A stretch of 64,000 nt of DNA, taken from Auanema rhodensis. Taxonomy: Eukaryota; Animalia; Nematoda. Positions 1-15,000 of the stretch are shown piece by piece (the stretch's first letter is position 1; each line of letters opens with the position of its first letter). The notes under the pieces are model-generated. The model made no database searches and was not told where the DNA came from. It worked only from the letters and a program-made list of their open reading frames with translations. Made by a program: the position numbers and the translations under genes. The DNA lies in NCBI GenBank assembly GCA_964057225.1, contig OZ059896.1, positions 23,498,001 through 23,562,000 on the forward strand, written 5' to 3'.

Positions 1-3000
1 ATTAAATGTACACGTGATGTGCACTTGGTATATAACTCGCTTCACGTGAAAGATAAAGAGATGCGGTTTTTAAAATTAGATTCCCCATGTCCATATTAGT
101 CTAAAAACAAATTTTTATTGATATTGCTTTATGGTAACCATGACTTTGAAATTTACGTGAACTTTAATTTATGCTGATTAAATGTACACGTGATGTGCAC
201 TTGGTATGTAACTCGCTTCACGTGAAAGATAAAGAGATGCGGTTTTCAAAATTAGATTCCCCATGTCCATATTAGTCTAAAAACAAATTTTTATTGATAT
301 TGGTTCATGGTAACCATGACTTTGAAATTTACGTGAACTTTAATTTATGCTAATTAAATGTACACGTGATGTGCACTTGGTATGTAACTCGCTTCACGTG
401 AAAGATAAAGAGATGCGGTTTTCAAAATTAGATTCCCCATGTCCATATTAGTCTAAAAACAAATTTTTATTGATATTGCTTCATGGTAACCATGACTTTG
501 AAATTTACGTGAACTTTAATTTATGCTGATTAAATGTACACGTGATGTGCACTTGGTATGTAACTCGCTTCACGTGAAAGATAAAGAGATGCGGTTTTCA
601 AAATTAGATTCCCCATGTCCATATTAGTCTAAAAACAAATTTTTATTGATATTGGTTCATGGTAACCATGACTTTGAAATTTACGTGAACTTTAATTTAT
701 GCTAATTAAATGTACACGTGATGTGCACTTGGTATGTAACTCGCTTCACGTGAAAGATAAAGAGATGCGGTTTTCAAAATTAGATTCCCCATGTCCATAT
801 TAGTCTAAAAACAAATTTTTATTGATATTGGTGCATGGTAACCATAACTTTGAAATTTACGTGAACTTTAATTTATGCTAATTAAATGTACACGTGATGT
901 GCACTTGGTATGTAACTCGCTTCACGTGAAAGATAAAGAGATGCGATTTTCAAAATTAGATTCCCCATGTCCATATTAGTCTAAAAACGAATTTTTATTG
1001 ATATTGGTTCATGGTAACCATGACTTTGAAATTTACGTGAACTTTAATTTATGCTAATTAAATGTACACGTGATGTGCACTTGGTATGTAACTCGCTTCA
1101 CGTGAAAGATAAAGAGATGCAGTTTTTAAAATTAGATTCCCCATGTCCATATTAGTCTAAAAACAAATTTTTATTGATATTGCTTCATGGTAACCATGAC
1201 TTTGAAATTTACGTGAACTTTAATTTATGCTAATTAAATGTACACGTGATGTGCACTTGGTATGTAACTCGCTTCACGTGAAAGATAAAGAGATGCGGTT
1301 TTCAAAATTAGATTCCCCATGTCCATATTAGTCTAAAAACAAATTTTTATTGATATTGGTTCATGGTAACCATGACTTTGAAATTTACGTGAACTTTAAT
1401 TTATGCTAATTAAATGTACACGTGATGTGCACTTGGTATGTAACTCGCTTCACGTGAAAGATAAAGAGATGCGGTTTTCAAAATTAGATTCCCCATGTCC
1501 ATATTAGTCTAAAAACAAATTTTTATTGATATTGGTGCATGGTAACCATGACTTTGAAATTTACGTGAACTTTAATTTATGCTAATTAAATGTACACGTG
1601 ATGTGCACTTGGTATGTAACTCGCTTCACGTGAAAGATAAAGAGATGCGGTTTTCAAAATTAGATTCCCCATGTCCATATTAGTCTAAAAACAAATTTTT
1701 ATTGATATTGGTTCATGGTAACCATGACTTTGAAATTTACGTGAACTTTAATTTATGCTAATTAAATGTACACGTGATGTGCACTTGGTATGTAACTCGC
1801 TTCACGTGAAAGATAAAGAGATGCGGTTTTTAAAATTAGATTCCCCATGTCCATATTAGTCTAAAAACAAATTTTTATTGATATTGCTTCATGGTAACCA
1901 TGACTTTGAAATTTACGTGAACTTTAATTTATGCTGATTAAATGTACACGTGATGTGCACTTGGTATGTAACTCGCTTCACGTGAAAGATAAAGAGATGC
2001 GGTTTTCAAAATTAGATTCCCCATGTCCATATTAGTCTAAAAACAAATTTTTATTGATATTGGTTCATGGTAACCATGACTTTGAAATTTACGTGAACTT
2101 TAATTTATGCTAATTAAATGTACACGTGATGTGCACTTGGTATGTAACTCGCTTCACGTGAAAGATAAAGAGATGCGGTTTTCAAAATTAGATTCCCCAT
2201 GTCCATATTAGTCTAAAAACAAATTTTTATTGATATTGGTGCATGGTAACCATGACTTTGAAATTTACGTGAACTTTAATTTATGCTAATTAAATGTACA
2301 CGTGATGTGCACTTGGTATGTAACTCGCTTCACGTGAAAGATAAAGAGATGCGGTTTTCAAAATTAGATTCCCCATGTCCATATTAGTCTAAAAACAAAT
2401 TTTTATTGATATTGGTTCATGGTAACCATGACTTTGAAATTTACGTGAACTTTAATTTATGCTAATTAAATGTACACGTGATGTGCACTTGGTATGTAAC
2501 TCGCTTCACGTGAAAGATAAAGAGATGCGGTTTTCAAAATTAGATTTCCCATGTCCATATTAGTCTAAAAACAAATTTTTATTGATATTGCTTCATGGTA
2601 ACCATGACTTTGAAATGTACGTGAACTTTAATTTATGCTAATTAAATGTACACGTGATGTGCACTTGGTATGTAACTCGCTTCACGTGAAAGATAAAGAG
2701 ATGCGGTTTTCAAAATTAGATTCCCCATGTCCATATTAGTCTAAAAACGAATTTTTATTGATATTGGTTCATGGTAACCATGACTTTGAAATTTACGTGA
2801 ACTTTAATTTATGCTAATTAAATGTACACGTGATGTGCACTTGGTATGTAACTCGCTTCACGTGAAAGATAAAGAGATGCGGTTTTCAAAATTAGATTCC
2901 CCATGTCCATATTAGTTTAAAAACAAATTTTTATTGATATTGGTTCATGGTAACCATGACTTTGAAATTTACGTGAACTTTAATTTATGCTAATTAAATG

Positions 3001-6000
3001 TACACGTGATGTGCACTTGGTATGTAACTCGCTTCACGTGAAAGATAAAGAGATGCGGTTTTCAAAATTAGATTCCCCATGTCCATATTAGTCTAAAAAC
3101 AAATTTTTATTGATATTGGTGCATGGTAACCATGACTTTGAAATTTACGTGAACTTTAATTTATGCTAATTAAATGTACACGTGATGTGCACTTGGTATG
3201 TAACTCGCTTCACGTGAAAGATAAAGAGATGCGGTTTTCAAAATTAGATTCCCCATGTCCATATTAGTCTAAAAACAAATTTTTATTGATATTGGTGCAT
3301 GGTAACCATGACTTTGAAATTTACGTGAACTTTAATTTATGCTAATTAAATGTACACTTGATGTACACTTGGTATGTAACTCGCTTCACGTGAAAGATAA
3401 AGAGATGCGGTTTTCAAAATTAGATTCCCCATGTCCATATTAGTCTAAAAACAAATTTTTATTGATATTGGTGCATGGTAACCTTGACTTTGAAATTTAC
3501 GTGAACTTTAATTTATGCTAATTAAATGTACACGTGATGTGCACTTGGTATGTAACTCGCTTCACGTGAAAGATAAAGAGATGCGGTTTTCAAAATTAGA
3601 TTCCCCATGTCCATATTAGTCTAAAAACAAATTTTTATTGATATTGGTGCATGGTAACCATGACTTTGAAATTTACGTGAACTTTAATTTATGCTAATTA
3701 AATGTACACGTGATGTGCACTTGGTATGTAACTCGCTTCACGTGAAAGATAAAGAGATGCGGTTTTCAAAATTAGATTCCCCATGTCCATATTAGTCTAA
3801 AAACAAATTTTTATTGATATTGGTGCATGGTAACCATGACTTTGAATTTTACGTGAACTTTAATTTATGCTAATTAAATGTACACGTGATGTGCACTTGG
3901 TATGGAACTCGCTTCACGTGAAAGATAAAGAGATGCGGTTTTCAAAATTAGATTCCCCATGTCCATATTAGTCTAAAAACAAATTTTTATTGATATTGGT
4001 TCATGGTAACCATGACTTTGAAATTTACGTGAACTTTAATTTATGCTAATTAAATGTACACGTGATGTGCACTTGGTATGTAACTCGCTTCACGTGAAAG
4101 ATAAAGAGATGCGGTTTTCAAAATTAGATTCCCCATGTCCATATTAGTCTAAAAACAAATTTTTATTGATATTGCTTCATGGTAACCATGACTTTGAAAT
4201 TTACGTGAACTTTAATTTATGCTAATTAAATGTACACGTGATGTGCACTTGGTATGTAACTCGCTTCACGTGAAAGATAAAGAGATGCGGTTTTCAAAAT
4301 TAGATTTCCCATGTCCATATTAGTCTAAAAACAAATTTTTATTGATATTGGTTCATGGTAACCATGACTTTGAAATTTACGTGAACTTTAATTTATGCTA
4401 ATTAAATGTACACGTGATGTGCACTTGGTATGTAACTCGCTTCACGTGAAAGATAAAGAGATGCGGTTTTCAAAATTAGATTCCCCATGTCCATATTAGT
4501 CTAAAAACAAATTTTTATTGATATTGCTTCATGGTAACCATGACTTTGAAATTTACGTGAACTTTAATTTATGCTAATTAAATGTACACGTGATGTGCAC
4601 TTGGTATGTAACTCGCTTCACGTGAAAGATAAAGAGATGCGGTTTTCAAAATTAGATTCCCCATGTCCATATTAGTCTAAAAACAAATTTTTATTGATAT
4701 TGGTTCATGGTAACCATGACTTTGAAATTTACGTGAACTTTAATTTATGCTAATTAAATGTACACGTGATGTGCACTTGGTATGTAACTCGCTTCACGTG
4801 AAAGATAAAGAGATGCGGTTTTCAAAATTAGATTCCCCATGTCCATATTAGTCTAAAAACAAATTTTTATTGATATTGGTGCATGGCAACCATGACTTTG
4901 AAATTTACGTGAACTTTAATTTATGCTAATTAAATGTACACTTGATGTACACTTGGTATGTAACTCGCTTCACGTGAACGATAAAGAGATGCGGTTTTCA
5001 AAATTAGATTCCCCATGTCCATATTAGTCTAAAAACAAATTTTTATTGATATTGCTTCATGGTAACCAAGACTTTGAAATTTACGTGAACTTTAATTTAT
5101 GCTAATTAAATGTACACGTGATGTGCACTTGGTATGTAACTCGCTTCACGTGAAAGATAAAGAGATGCGGTTTTCAAAATTAGATTCCCCATGTCCATAT
5201 TAGTCTAAAAACAAATTTTTATTAATATTGGTTCATGGTAACCATGACTTTGAAATTTACGTGAACTTTAATTTATGCTAATTAAATGTACACGTGATGT
5301 GCACTTGGTATGTAACTCGCTTCACGTGAAAGATAAAGAGATGCGGTTTTCAAAATTAGATTCCCCATGTCCATATTAGTCTAAAAACAAATTTTTATTG
5401 ATATTGGTGCATGGTAACCATGACTTTGAAATTTACGTGAACTTTAATTTATGCTAATTAAATGTACACGTGATGTGCACTTGGTATGTAACTCGCTTCA
5501 CGTGAAAGATAAAGAGATGCGGTTTTCAAAATTAGATTCCCCATGTCCATATTAGTCTAAAAACAAATTTTTATTGATATTGGTGCATGGTAACCATGAC
5601 TTTGAAATTTACGTGAACTTTAATTTATGCTAATTAAATGTACACGTGATGTGCACTTGGTAAGTAACTCGCTTCACGTGAAAGATAAAGAGATGCGGTT
5701 TTCAAAATTAGATTCCCCATGTCCATATTAGTCTAAAAACAAATTTTTATTGATATTGCTTCATGGTAACCATGACTTTGAAATTTACGTGAACTTTAAT
5801 TTATGCTAATTAAATGTACACGTGATGTGCACTTGGTATGTAACTCGCTTCACGTGAAAGATAAAGAGATGCGGTTTTCAAAATTAGATTCCCCATGTCC
5901 ATATTAGTCTAAAAACAAATTTTTATTGATATTGGTGCATGGTAACCATGACTTTGAAATTTACGTGAACTTTAATTTATGCTAATTAAATGTACACGTG

Positions 6001-9000
6001 ATGTGCACTTGGTATGTAACTCGCTTCACGTGAAAGATAAAGAGATGCGGTTTTCAAAATTAGATTCCCCATGTCCATATTAGTCTAAAAACAAATTTTT
6101 ATTGATATTGGTGCATGGTAACCATGACTTTGAAATTTACGTGAACTTTAATTTATGCTAATTAAATGTACACGTGATGTGCACTTGGTATGTAACTCGC
6201 TTCACGTGAAAGATAAAGAGATGCGGTTTTCAAAATTAGATTCCCCATGTCCATATTAGTCTAAAAACAAATTTTTATTGATATTGGTGCATGGTAACCA
6301 TGACTTTGAAATTTACGTGAACTTTAATTTATGCTAATTAAATGTACACGTGATGTGCACTTGGTAAGTAACTCGCTTCACGTGAAAGATAAAGAGATGC
6401 GGTTTTCAAAATTAGATTCCCCATGTCCATATTAGTCTAAAAACAAATTTTTATTGATATTGCTTCATGGTAACCATGACTTTGAAATTTACGTGAACTT
6501 TAATTTATGCTAATTAAATGTACACGTGATGTGCACTTGGTATGTAACTCGCTTCACGTGAAAGATAAAGAGATGCGGTTTTCAAAATTAGATTCCCCAT
6601 GTCCATATTAGTCTAAAAACAAATTTTTATTGATATTGGTGCATGGTAACCATGACTTTGAAATTTACGTGAACTTTAATTTATGCTAATTAAATGTACA
6701 CTTGATGTACACTTGGTATGTAACTCGCTTCACGTGAAAGATAAAGAGATGCGGTTTTCAAAATTAGATTCCCCATGTCCATATTAGTCTAAAAACAAAT
6801 TTTTATTGATATTGGTGCATGGTAACCATGACTTTGAAATTTACGTGAACTTTAATTTATTCTAATTAAATGTACACGTGATGTGCACTTGGTATGTAAC
6901 TCGCTTCACGTGAAAGATAAAGAGATGCGGTTTTCAAAATTAGATTCCCCATGTCCATATTAGTCTAAAAACAAATTTTTATTGATATTGGTTCATGGTA
7001 ACCATGACTTTGAAATTTACGTGAACTTTAATTTATGCTAATTAAATGTACACGTGATGTGCACTTGGTATGTAACTCGCTTCACGTGAAAGATAAAGAG
7101 ATGCGGTTTTCAAAATTAGATTCCCCATGTCCATATTAGTCTAAAAACAAATTTTTATTGATATTGCTTCATGGTAACCATGACTTTGAAATTTACGTGA
7201 ACTTTAATTTATGCTAATTAAATGTACACGTGATGTGCACTTGGTATGTAACTCGCTTCACGTGAAAGATAAAGAGATGCGGTTTTCAAAATTAGATTTC
7301 CCATGTCCATATTAGTCTAAAAACAAATTTTTATTGATATTGGTTCATGGTAACCATGACTTTGAAATTTACGTGAACTTTAATTTATGCTAATTAAATG
7401 TACACGTGATGTGCACTTGGTATGTAACTCGCTTCACGTGAAAGATAAAGAGATGCGGTTTTCAAAATTAGATTCCCCATGTCCATATTAGTCTAAAAAC
7501 AAATTTTTATTGATATTGGTGCATGGTAACCATGACTTTGAAATTTACGTGAACTTTAATTTATGCTAATTAAATGTACACTTGATGTACACTTGGTATG
7601 TAACTCGCTTCACGTGAAAGATAAAGAGATGCGGTTTTCAAAATTAGATTCCCCATGTCCATATTAGTCTAAAAACAAATTTTTATTGATATTGCTTCAT
7701 GGTAACCATGACTTTGAAATTTACGTGAACTTTAATTTATGCTAATTAAATGTACACGTGATGTGCACTTGGTATGTAACTCGCTTCACGTGAAAGATAA
7801 AGAGATGCGGTTTTCAAAATTAGATTTCCCATGTCCATATTAGTCTAAAAACAAATTTTTATTGATATTGGTTCATGGTAACCATGACTTTGAAATTTAC
7901 GTGAACTTTAATTTATGCTAATTAAATGTACACGTGATGTGCACTTGGTATGTAACTCGCTTCACGTGAAAGATAAAGAGATGCGGTTTTCAAAATTAGA
8001 TTCCCCATGTCCATATTAGTCTAAAAACAAATTTTTATTGATATTGGTGCATGGTAACCATGACTTTGAAATTTACGTGAACTTTAATTTATGCTAATTA
8101 AATGTACACTTGATGTACACTTGGTATGTAACTCGCTTCACGTGAAAGATAAAGAGATGCGGTTTTCAAAATTAGATTCCCCATGTCCATATTAGTCTAA
8201 AAACAAATTTTTATTGATATTGCTTCATGGTAACCATGACTTTGAAATTTACGTGAACTTTAATTTATGCTAATTAAATGTACACGTGATGTGCACTTGG
8301 TATGTAACTCGCTTCACGTGAAAGATAAAGAGATGCGGTTTTCAAAATTAGATTTCCCATGTCCATATTAGTCTAAAAACAAATTTTTATTGATATTGGT
8401 TCATGGTAACCATGACTTTGAAATTTACGTGAACTTTAATTTATGCTAATTAAATGTACACGTGATGTGCACTTGGTATGTAACTCGCTTCACGTGAAAG
8501 ATAAAGAGATGCGGTTTTCAAAATTAGATTCTCCATGTCCATATTAGTCTAAAAACAAATTTTTATTGATATTGGTTCATGGTAACCATGACTTTGAAAT
8601 TTACGTGAACTTTAATTTATGCTAATTAAATGTACACGTGATGTGCACTTGGTATGTAACTCGCTTCACGTGAAAGATAAAGAGATGCGGTTTTCAAAAT
8701 TAGATTCCCCATGTCCATATTAGTCTAAAAACAAATTTTTATTGATATTGGTTCATGGTAACCATGACTTTGAAATTTACGTGAACTTTAATTTATGCTA
8801 ATTAAATGTACACGTGATGTGCACTTGGTATGTAACTCGCTTCACGTGAAAGATGAAGAGATGCGGTTTTCAAAATTAGATTCTCCATGTCCATATTAGT
8901 CTAAAAACAAATTTTTATTGATATTGGTGCATGGTAACCATGACTTTGAAATTTACGTGAACTTTAATTTATGCTAATTAAATGTACACGTGATGTGCAC

Positions 9001-12000
9001 TTGGTATGTAACTCGCTTCACGTGAAAGATAAAGAGATGCGGTTTTCAAAATTAGATTCCCCATGTCCATATTAGTCTAAAAACAAATTTTTATTGATAT
9101 TGGTGCATGGTAACCATGACTTTGAAATTTACGTGAACTTTAATTTATGCTAATTAAATGTACACGTGATGTGCACTTGGTAAGTAACTCGCTTCACGTG
9201 AAAGATAAAGAGATGCGGTTTTCAAAATTAGATTCCCCATGTCCATATTAGTCTAAAAACAAATTTTTATTGATATTGCTTCATGGTAACCATGACTTTG
9301 AAATTTACGTGAACTTTAATTTATGCTAATTAAATGTACACGTGATGTGCACTTGGTATGTAACTCGCTTCACGTGAAAGATAAAGAGATGCGGTTTTCA
9401 AAATTAGATTCCCCATGTCCATATTAGTCTAAAAACAAATTTTTATTGATATTGGTGCATGGTAACCATGACTTTGAAATTTACGTGAACTTTAATTTAT
9501 GCTAATTAAATGTACACTTGATGTACACTTGGTATGTAACTCGCTTCACGTGAAAGATAAAGAGATGCGGTTTTCAAAATTAGATTCCCCATGTCCATAT
9601 TAGTCTAAAAACAAATTTTTATTGATATTGGTGCATGGTAACCTTGACTTTGAAATTTACGTGAACTTTAATTTATGCTAATTAAATGTACACGTGATGT
9701 GCACTTGGTATGTAACTCGCTTTACGTGAAAGATAAAGAGATGCGGTTTTCGAAATTAGATTCCCCATGTCCATATTAGTCTAAAAACAAATTTTTATTG
9801 ATATTGGTGCATGGTAACCATGACTTTGAAATTAACGTGAACTTTAATTTATGCTAATTAAATGTACACGTGATGTACACTTGGTATGTAACTTGCTTCA
9901 CGTGAAAGATAAAGAGATGCGGTTTTCAAAATTAGATTCCCCATGTCCATATTAGTCTAAAAACAACTTTTTATTGATATTGGTTCATGGTAACCATGAC
10001 TTTGAAATTTACGTGAACTTTAATTTATGCTAATTAAATGTACACGTGATGTGCACTTGGTATGTAACTCGCTTCACGTGAAAGATAAAGAGATGCGGTT
10101 TTCAAAATTAGATTCCCCATGTCCATATTAGTCTAAAAACAAATTTTTATTGATATTGGTGCATGGTAACCATGACTTTGAAATTTACGTGAACTTTAAT
10201 TTATGCTAATTAAATGTACACTTGATGTACACTTGGTATGTAACTCGCTTCACGTGAAAGATAAAGAGATGCGGTTTTCAAAATTAGATTCCCCATGTCC
10301 ATATTAGTCTAAAAACAAATTTTTATTGATATTGCTTCATGGTAACCATGACTTTGAAATTTACGTGAACTTTAATTTATGCTGATTAAATGTACACGTG
10401 ATGTGCACTTGGTATGTAACTCGCTTCACGTGAAAGATAAAGAGATGCGGTTTTCAAAATTAGATTCCCCATGTTTATATTAGTCTAAAAACAAATTTTT
10501 ATTGATATTGGTTCATGGTAACCATGACTTTGAAATTTACGTGAACTTTAATTTATGCTAATTAAATGTACACGTGATGTGCACTTGGTATGTAACTCGC
10601 TTCACGTGAAAGATAAAGAGATGCGGTTTTCAAAATTAGATTCCCCATGTCCATATTAGTCTAAAAACAAATTTTTATTGATATTGGTTCATGGTAACCA
10701 TGACTTTGAAATTTACGTGAACTTTAATTTATGCTAATTAAATGTACACGTGATGTGCACTTGGTATGTAACTCGCTTCACGTGAAAGATAAAGAGATGC
10801 GGTTTTCAAAATTAGATTCCCCATGTCCATATTAGTCTAAAAACAAATTTTTATTGATATTGGTTCATGGTAACCATGACTTTGAAATTTACGTGAACTT
10901 TAATTTATGCTAATTAAATGTACACGTGATGTGCACTTGGTATGTAACTCGCTTCACGTGAAAGATGAAGAGATGCGGTTTTCAAAATTAGATTCTCCAT
11001 GTCCATATTAGTCTAAAAACAAATTTTTATTGATATTGGTGCATGGTAACCATGACTTTGAAATTTACGTGAACTTTAATTTATGCTAATTAAATGTACA
11101 CGTGATGTGCACTTGGTATGTAACTCGCTTCACGTGAAAGATAAAGAGATGCGGTTTTCAAAATTAGATTCCCCATGTCCATATTAGTCTAAAAACAAAT
11201 TTTTATTGATATTGGTGCATGGTAACCATGACTTTGAAATTTACGTGAACTTTAATTTATGCTAATTAAATGTACACGTGATGTGCACTTGGTAAGTAAC
11301 TCGCTTCACGTGAAAGATAAAGAGATGCGGTTTTCAAAATTAGATTCCCCATGTCCATATTAGTCTAAAAACAAATTTTTATTGATATTGCTTCATGGTA
11401 ACCATGACTTTGAAATTTACGTGAACTTTAATTTATGCTAATTAAATGTACACGTGATGTGCACTTGGTATGTAACTCGCTTCACGTGAAAGATAAAGAG
11501 ATGCGGTTTTCAAAATTAGATTCCCCATGTCCATATTAGTCTAAAAACAAATTTTTATTGATATTGGTGCATGGTAACCATGACTTTGAAATTTACGTGA
11601 ACTTTAATTTATGCTAATTAAATGTACACTTGATGTACACTTGGTATGTAACTCGCTTCACGTGAAAGATAAAGAGATGCGGTTTTCAAAATTAGATTCC
11701 CCATGTCCATATTAGTCTAAAAACAAATTTTTATTGATATTGGTGCATGGTAACCTTGACTTTGAAATTTACGTGAACTTTAATTTATGCTAATTAAATG
11801 TACACGTGATGTGCACTTGGTATGTAACTCGCTTTACGTGAAAGATAAAGAGATGCGGTTTTCGAAATTAGATTCCCCATGTCCATATTAGTCTAAAAAC
11901 AAATTTTTATTGATATTGGTGCATGGTAACCATGACTTTGAAATTAACGTGAACTTTAATTTATGCTAATTAAATGTACACGTGATGTACACTTGGTATG

Positions 12001-15000
12001 TAACTTGCTTCACGTGAAAGATAAAGAGATGCGGTTTTCAAAATTAGATTCCCCATGTCCATATTAGTCTAAAAACAACTTTTTATTGATATTGGTTCAT
12101 GGTAACCATGACTTTGAAATTTACGTGAACTTTAATTTATGCTAATTAAATGTACACGTGATGTGCACTTGGTATGTAACTCGCTTCACGTGAAAGATAA
12201 AGAGATGCGGTTTTCAAAATTAGATTCCCCATGTCCATATTAGTCTAAAAACAAATTTTTATTGATATTGGTGCATGGTAACCATGACTTTGAAATTTAC
12301 GTGAACTTTAATTTATGCTAATTAAATGTACACTTGATGTACACTTGGTATGTAACTCGCTTCACGTGAAAGATAAAGAGATGCGGTTTTCAAAATTAGA
12401 TTCCCCATGTCCATATTAGTCTAAAAACAAATTTTTATTGATATTGCTTCATGGTAACCATGACTTTGAAATTTACGTGAACTTTAATTTATGCTGATTA
12501 AATGTACACGTGATGTGCACTTGGTATGTAACTCGCTTCACGTGAAAGATAAAGAGATGCGGTTTTCAAAATTAGATTCCCCATGTCCATATTAGTCTAA
12601 AAACAAATTTTTATTGATATTGGTTCATGGTAACCATGACTTTGAAATTTACGTGAACTTTAATTTATGCTAATTAAATGTACACGTGATGTGCACTTGG
12701 TATGTAACTCGCTTCACGTGAAAGATAAAGAGATGCGGTTTTCAAAATTAGATTCCCCATGTCCATATTAGTCTAAAAACAAATTTTTATTGATATTGGT
12801 TCATGGTAACCATGACTTTGAAATTTACGTGAACTTTAATTTATGCTAATTAAATGTACACGTGATGTGCACTTGGTATGTAACTCGCTTCACGTGAAAG
12901 ATAAAGAGATGCGGTTTTCAAAATTAGATTCCCCATGTCCATATTAGTCTAAAAACAAATTTTTATTGATATTGCTTCATGGTAACCATGACTTTGAAAT
13001 TTACGTGAACTTTAATTTATGCTAATTAAATGTACACGTGATGTGCACTTGGTATGTAACTCGCTTCACGTGAAAGATAAAGAGATGCGGTTTTCAAAAT
13101 TAAATTCCCCATGTCCATATTAGTCTAAAAACAAATTTTTATTGATATTGGTGCATGGTAACCATGACTTTGAAATTTACGTGAACTTTAATTTATGCTA
13201 ATTAAATGTACACTTGATGTACACTTGGTATGTAACTCGCTTCACGTGAAAGATAAAGAGATGCGGTTTTCAAAATTAGATTCCCCATGTCCATATTAGT
13301 CTAAAAACAAATTTTTATTGATATTGGTGCATGGTAACCTTGACTTTGAAATTTACGTGAACTTTAATTTATGCTAATTAAATGTACACGTGATGTGCAC
13401 TTGGTATGTAACTCGCTTCACGTGAAAGATAAAGAGATGCGGTTTTCAAAATTAGATTCCCCATGTCCATATTAGTCTAAAAACAAATTTTTATTGATAT
13501 TGGTGCATGGTAACCATGACTTTGAATTTTACGTGAACTTTAATTTATGCTAATTAAATGTACACGTGATGTGCACTTGGTATGGAACTCGCTTCACGTG
13601 AAAGATAAAGAGATGCGGTTTTCAAAATTAGATTCCCCATGTCCATATTAGTCTAAAAACAAATTTTTATTGATATTGCTTCATGGTAACCATGACTTTG
13701 AAATTTACGTGAACTTTAATTTATGCTGATTAAATGTACACGTGATGTGCACTTGGTATGTAACTCGCTTCACGTGAAAGATAAAGAGATGCGGTTTTCA
13801 AAATTAGATTCCCCATGTCCATATTAGTCTAAAAACAAATTTTTATTGATATTGGTTCATGGTAACCATGACTTTGAAATTTACGTGAACTTTAATTTAT
13901 GCTAATTAAATGTACACGTGATGTGCACTTGGTATGTAACTCGCTTCACGTGAAAGATAAAGAGATGCGGTTTTCAAAATTAGATTCCCCATGTCCATAT
14001 TAGTCTAAAAACAAATTTTTATTGATATTGGTGCATGGTAACCATGACTTTGAAATTTACGTGAACTTTAATTTATGCTAATTAAATGTACACGTGATGT
14101 GCACTTGGTATGTAACTCGCTTCACGTGAAAGATAAAGAGATGCGGTTTTCAAAATTAGATTCCCCATGTCCATATTAGTCTAAAAACAAATTTTTATTG
14201 ATATTGCTTCATGGTAACCATGACTTTGAAATTTACGTGAACTTTAATTTATGCTGATTAAATGTACACGTGATGTGCACTTGGTATGTAACTCGCTTCA
14301 CGTGAAAGATAAAGAGATGCGGTTTTCAAAATAAGATTCCCCATGTCCATATTAGTCTAAAAACAAATTTTTATTGATATTGCTTCATGGTAACCATGAC
14401 TTTGAAATTTACGTGAACTTTAATTTATGCTAATTAAATGTACACGTGATGTGCACTTGGTATGTAACTCGCTTCACGTGAAAGATAAAGAGATGCGGTT
14501 TTCAAAATTAGATTCCCCATGTCCATATTAGTCTAAAAACAAATTTTTATTGATATTGGTGCATGGTAACCATGACTTTGAAATTTACGTGAACTTTAAT
14601 TTATGCTAATTAAATGTACACGTGATGTGCACTTGGTATGTAACTCGCTTCACGTGAAAGATAAAGAGATGCGGTTTTCAAAATTAAATTCCCCATGTCC
14701 ATATTAGTCTAAAAACAAATTTTTATTGATATTGGTGCATGGTAACCATGACTTTGAAATTTACGTGAACTTTAATTTATGCTAATTAAATGTACACTTG
14801 ATGTACACTTGGTATGTAACTCGCTTCACGTGAAAGATAAAGAGATGCGGTTTTCAAAATTAGATTCCCCATGTCCATATTAGTCTAAAAACAAATTTTT
14901 ATTGATATTGGTGCATGGTAACCTTGACTTTGAAATTTACGTGAACTTTAATTTATGCTAATTAAATGTACACGTGATGTGCACTTGGTATGTAACTCGC

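Noticed and set aside
1-176. Identity with known centromeric repeats (Arabidopsis 178-bp, primate 171-bp alpha satellite) or a CENP-B box
   Set aside because: Only the length is similar; I recognise no sequence similarity and see no CENP-B box.
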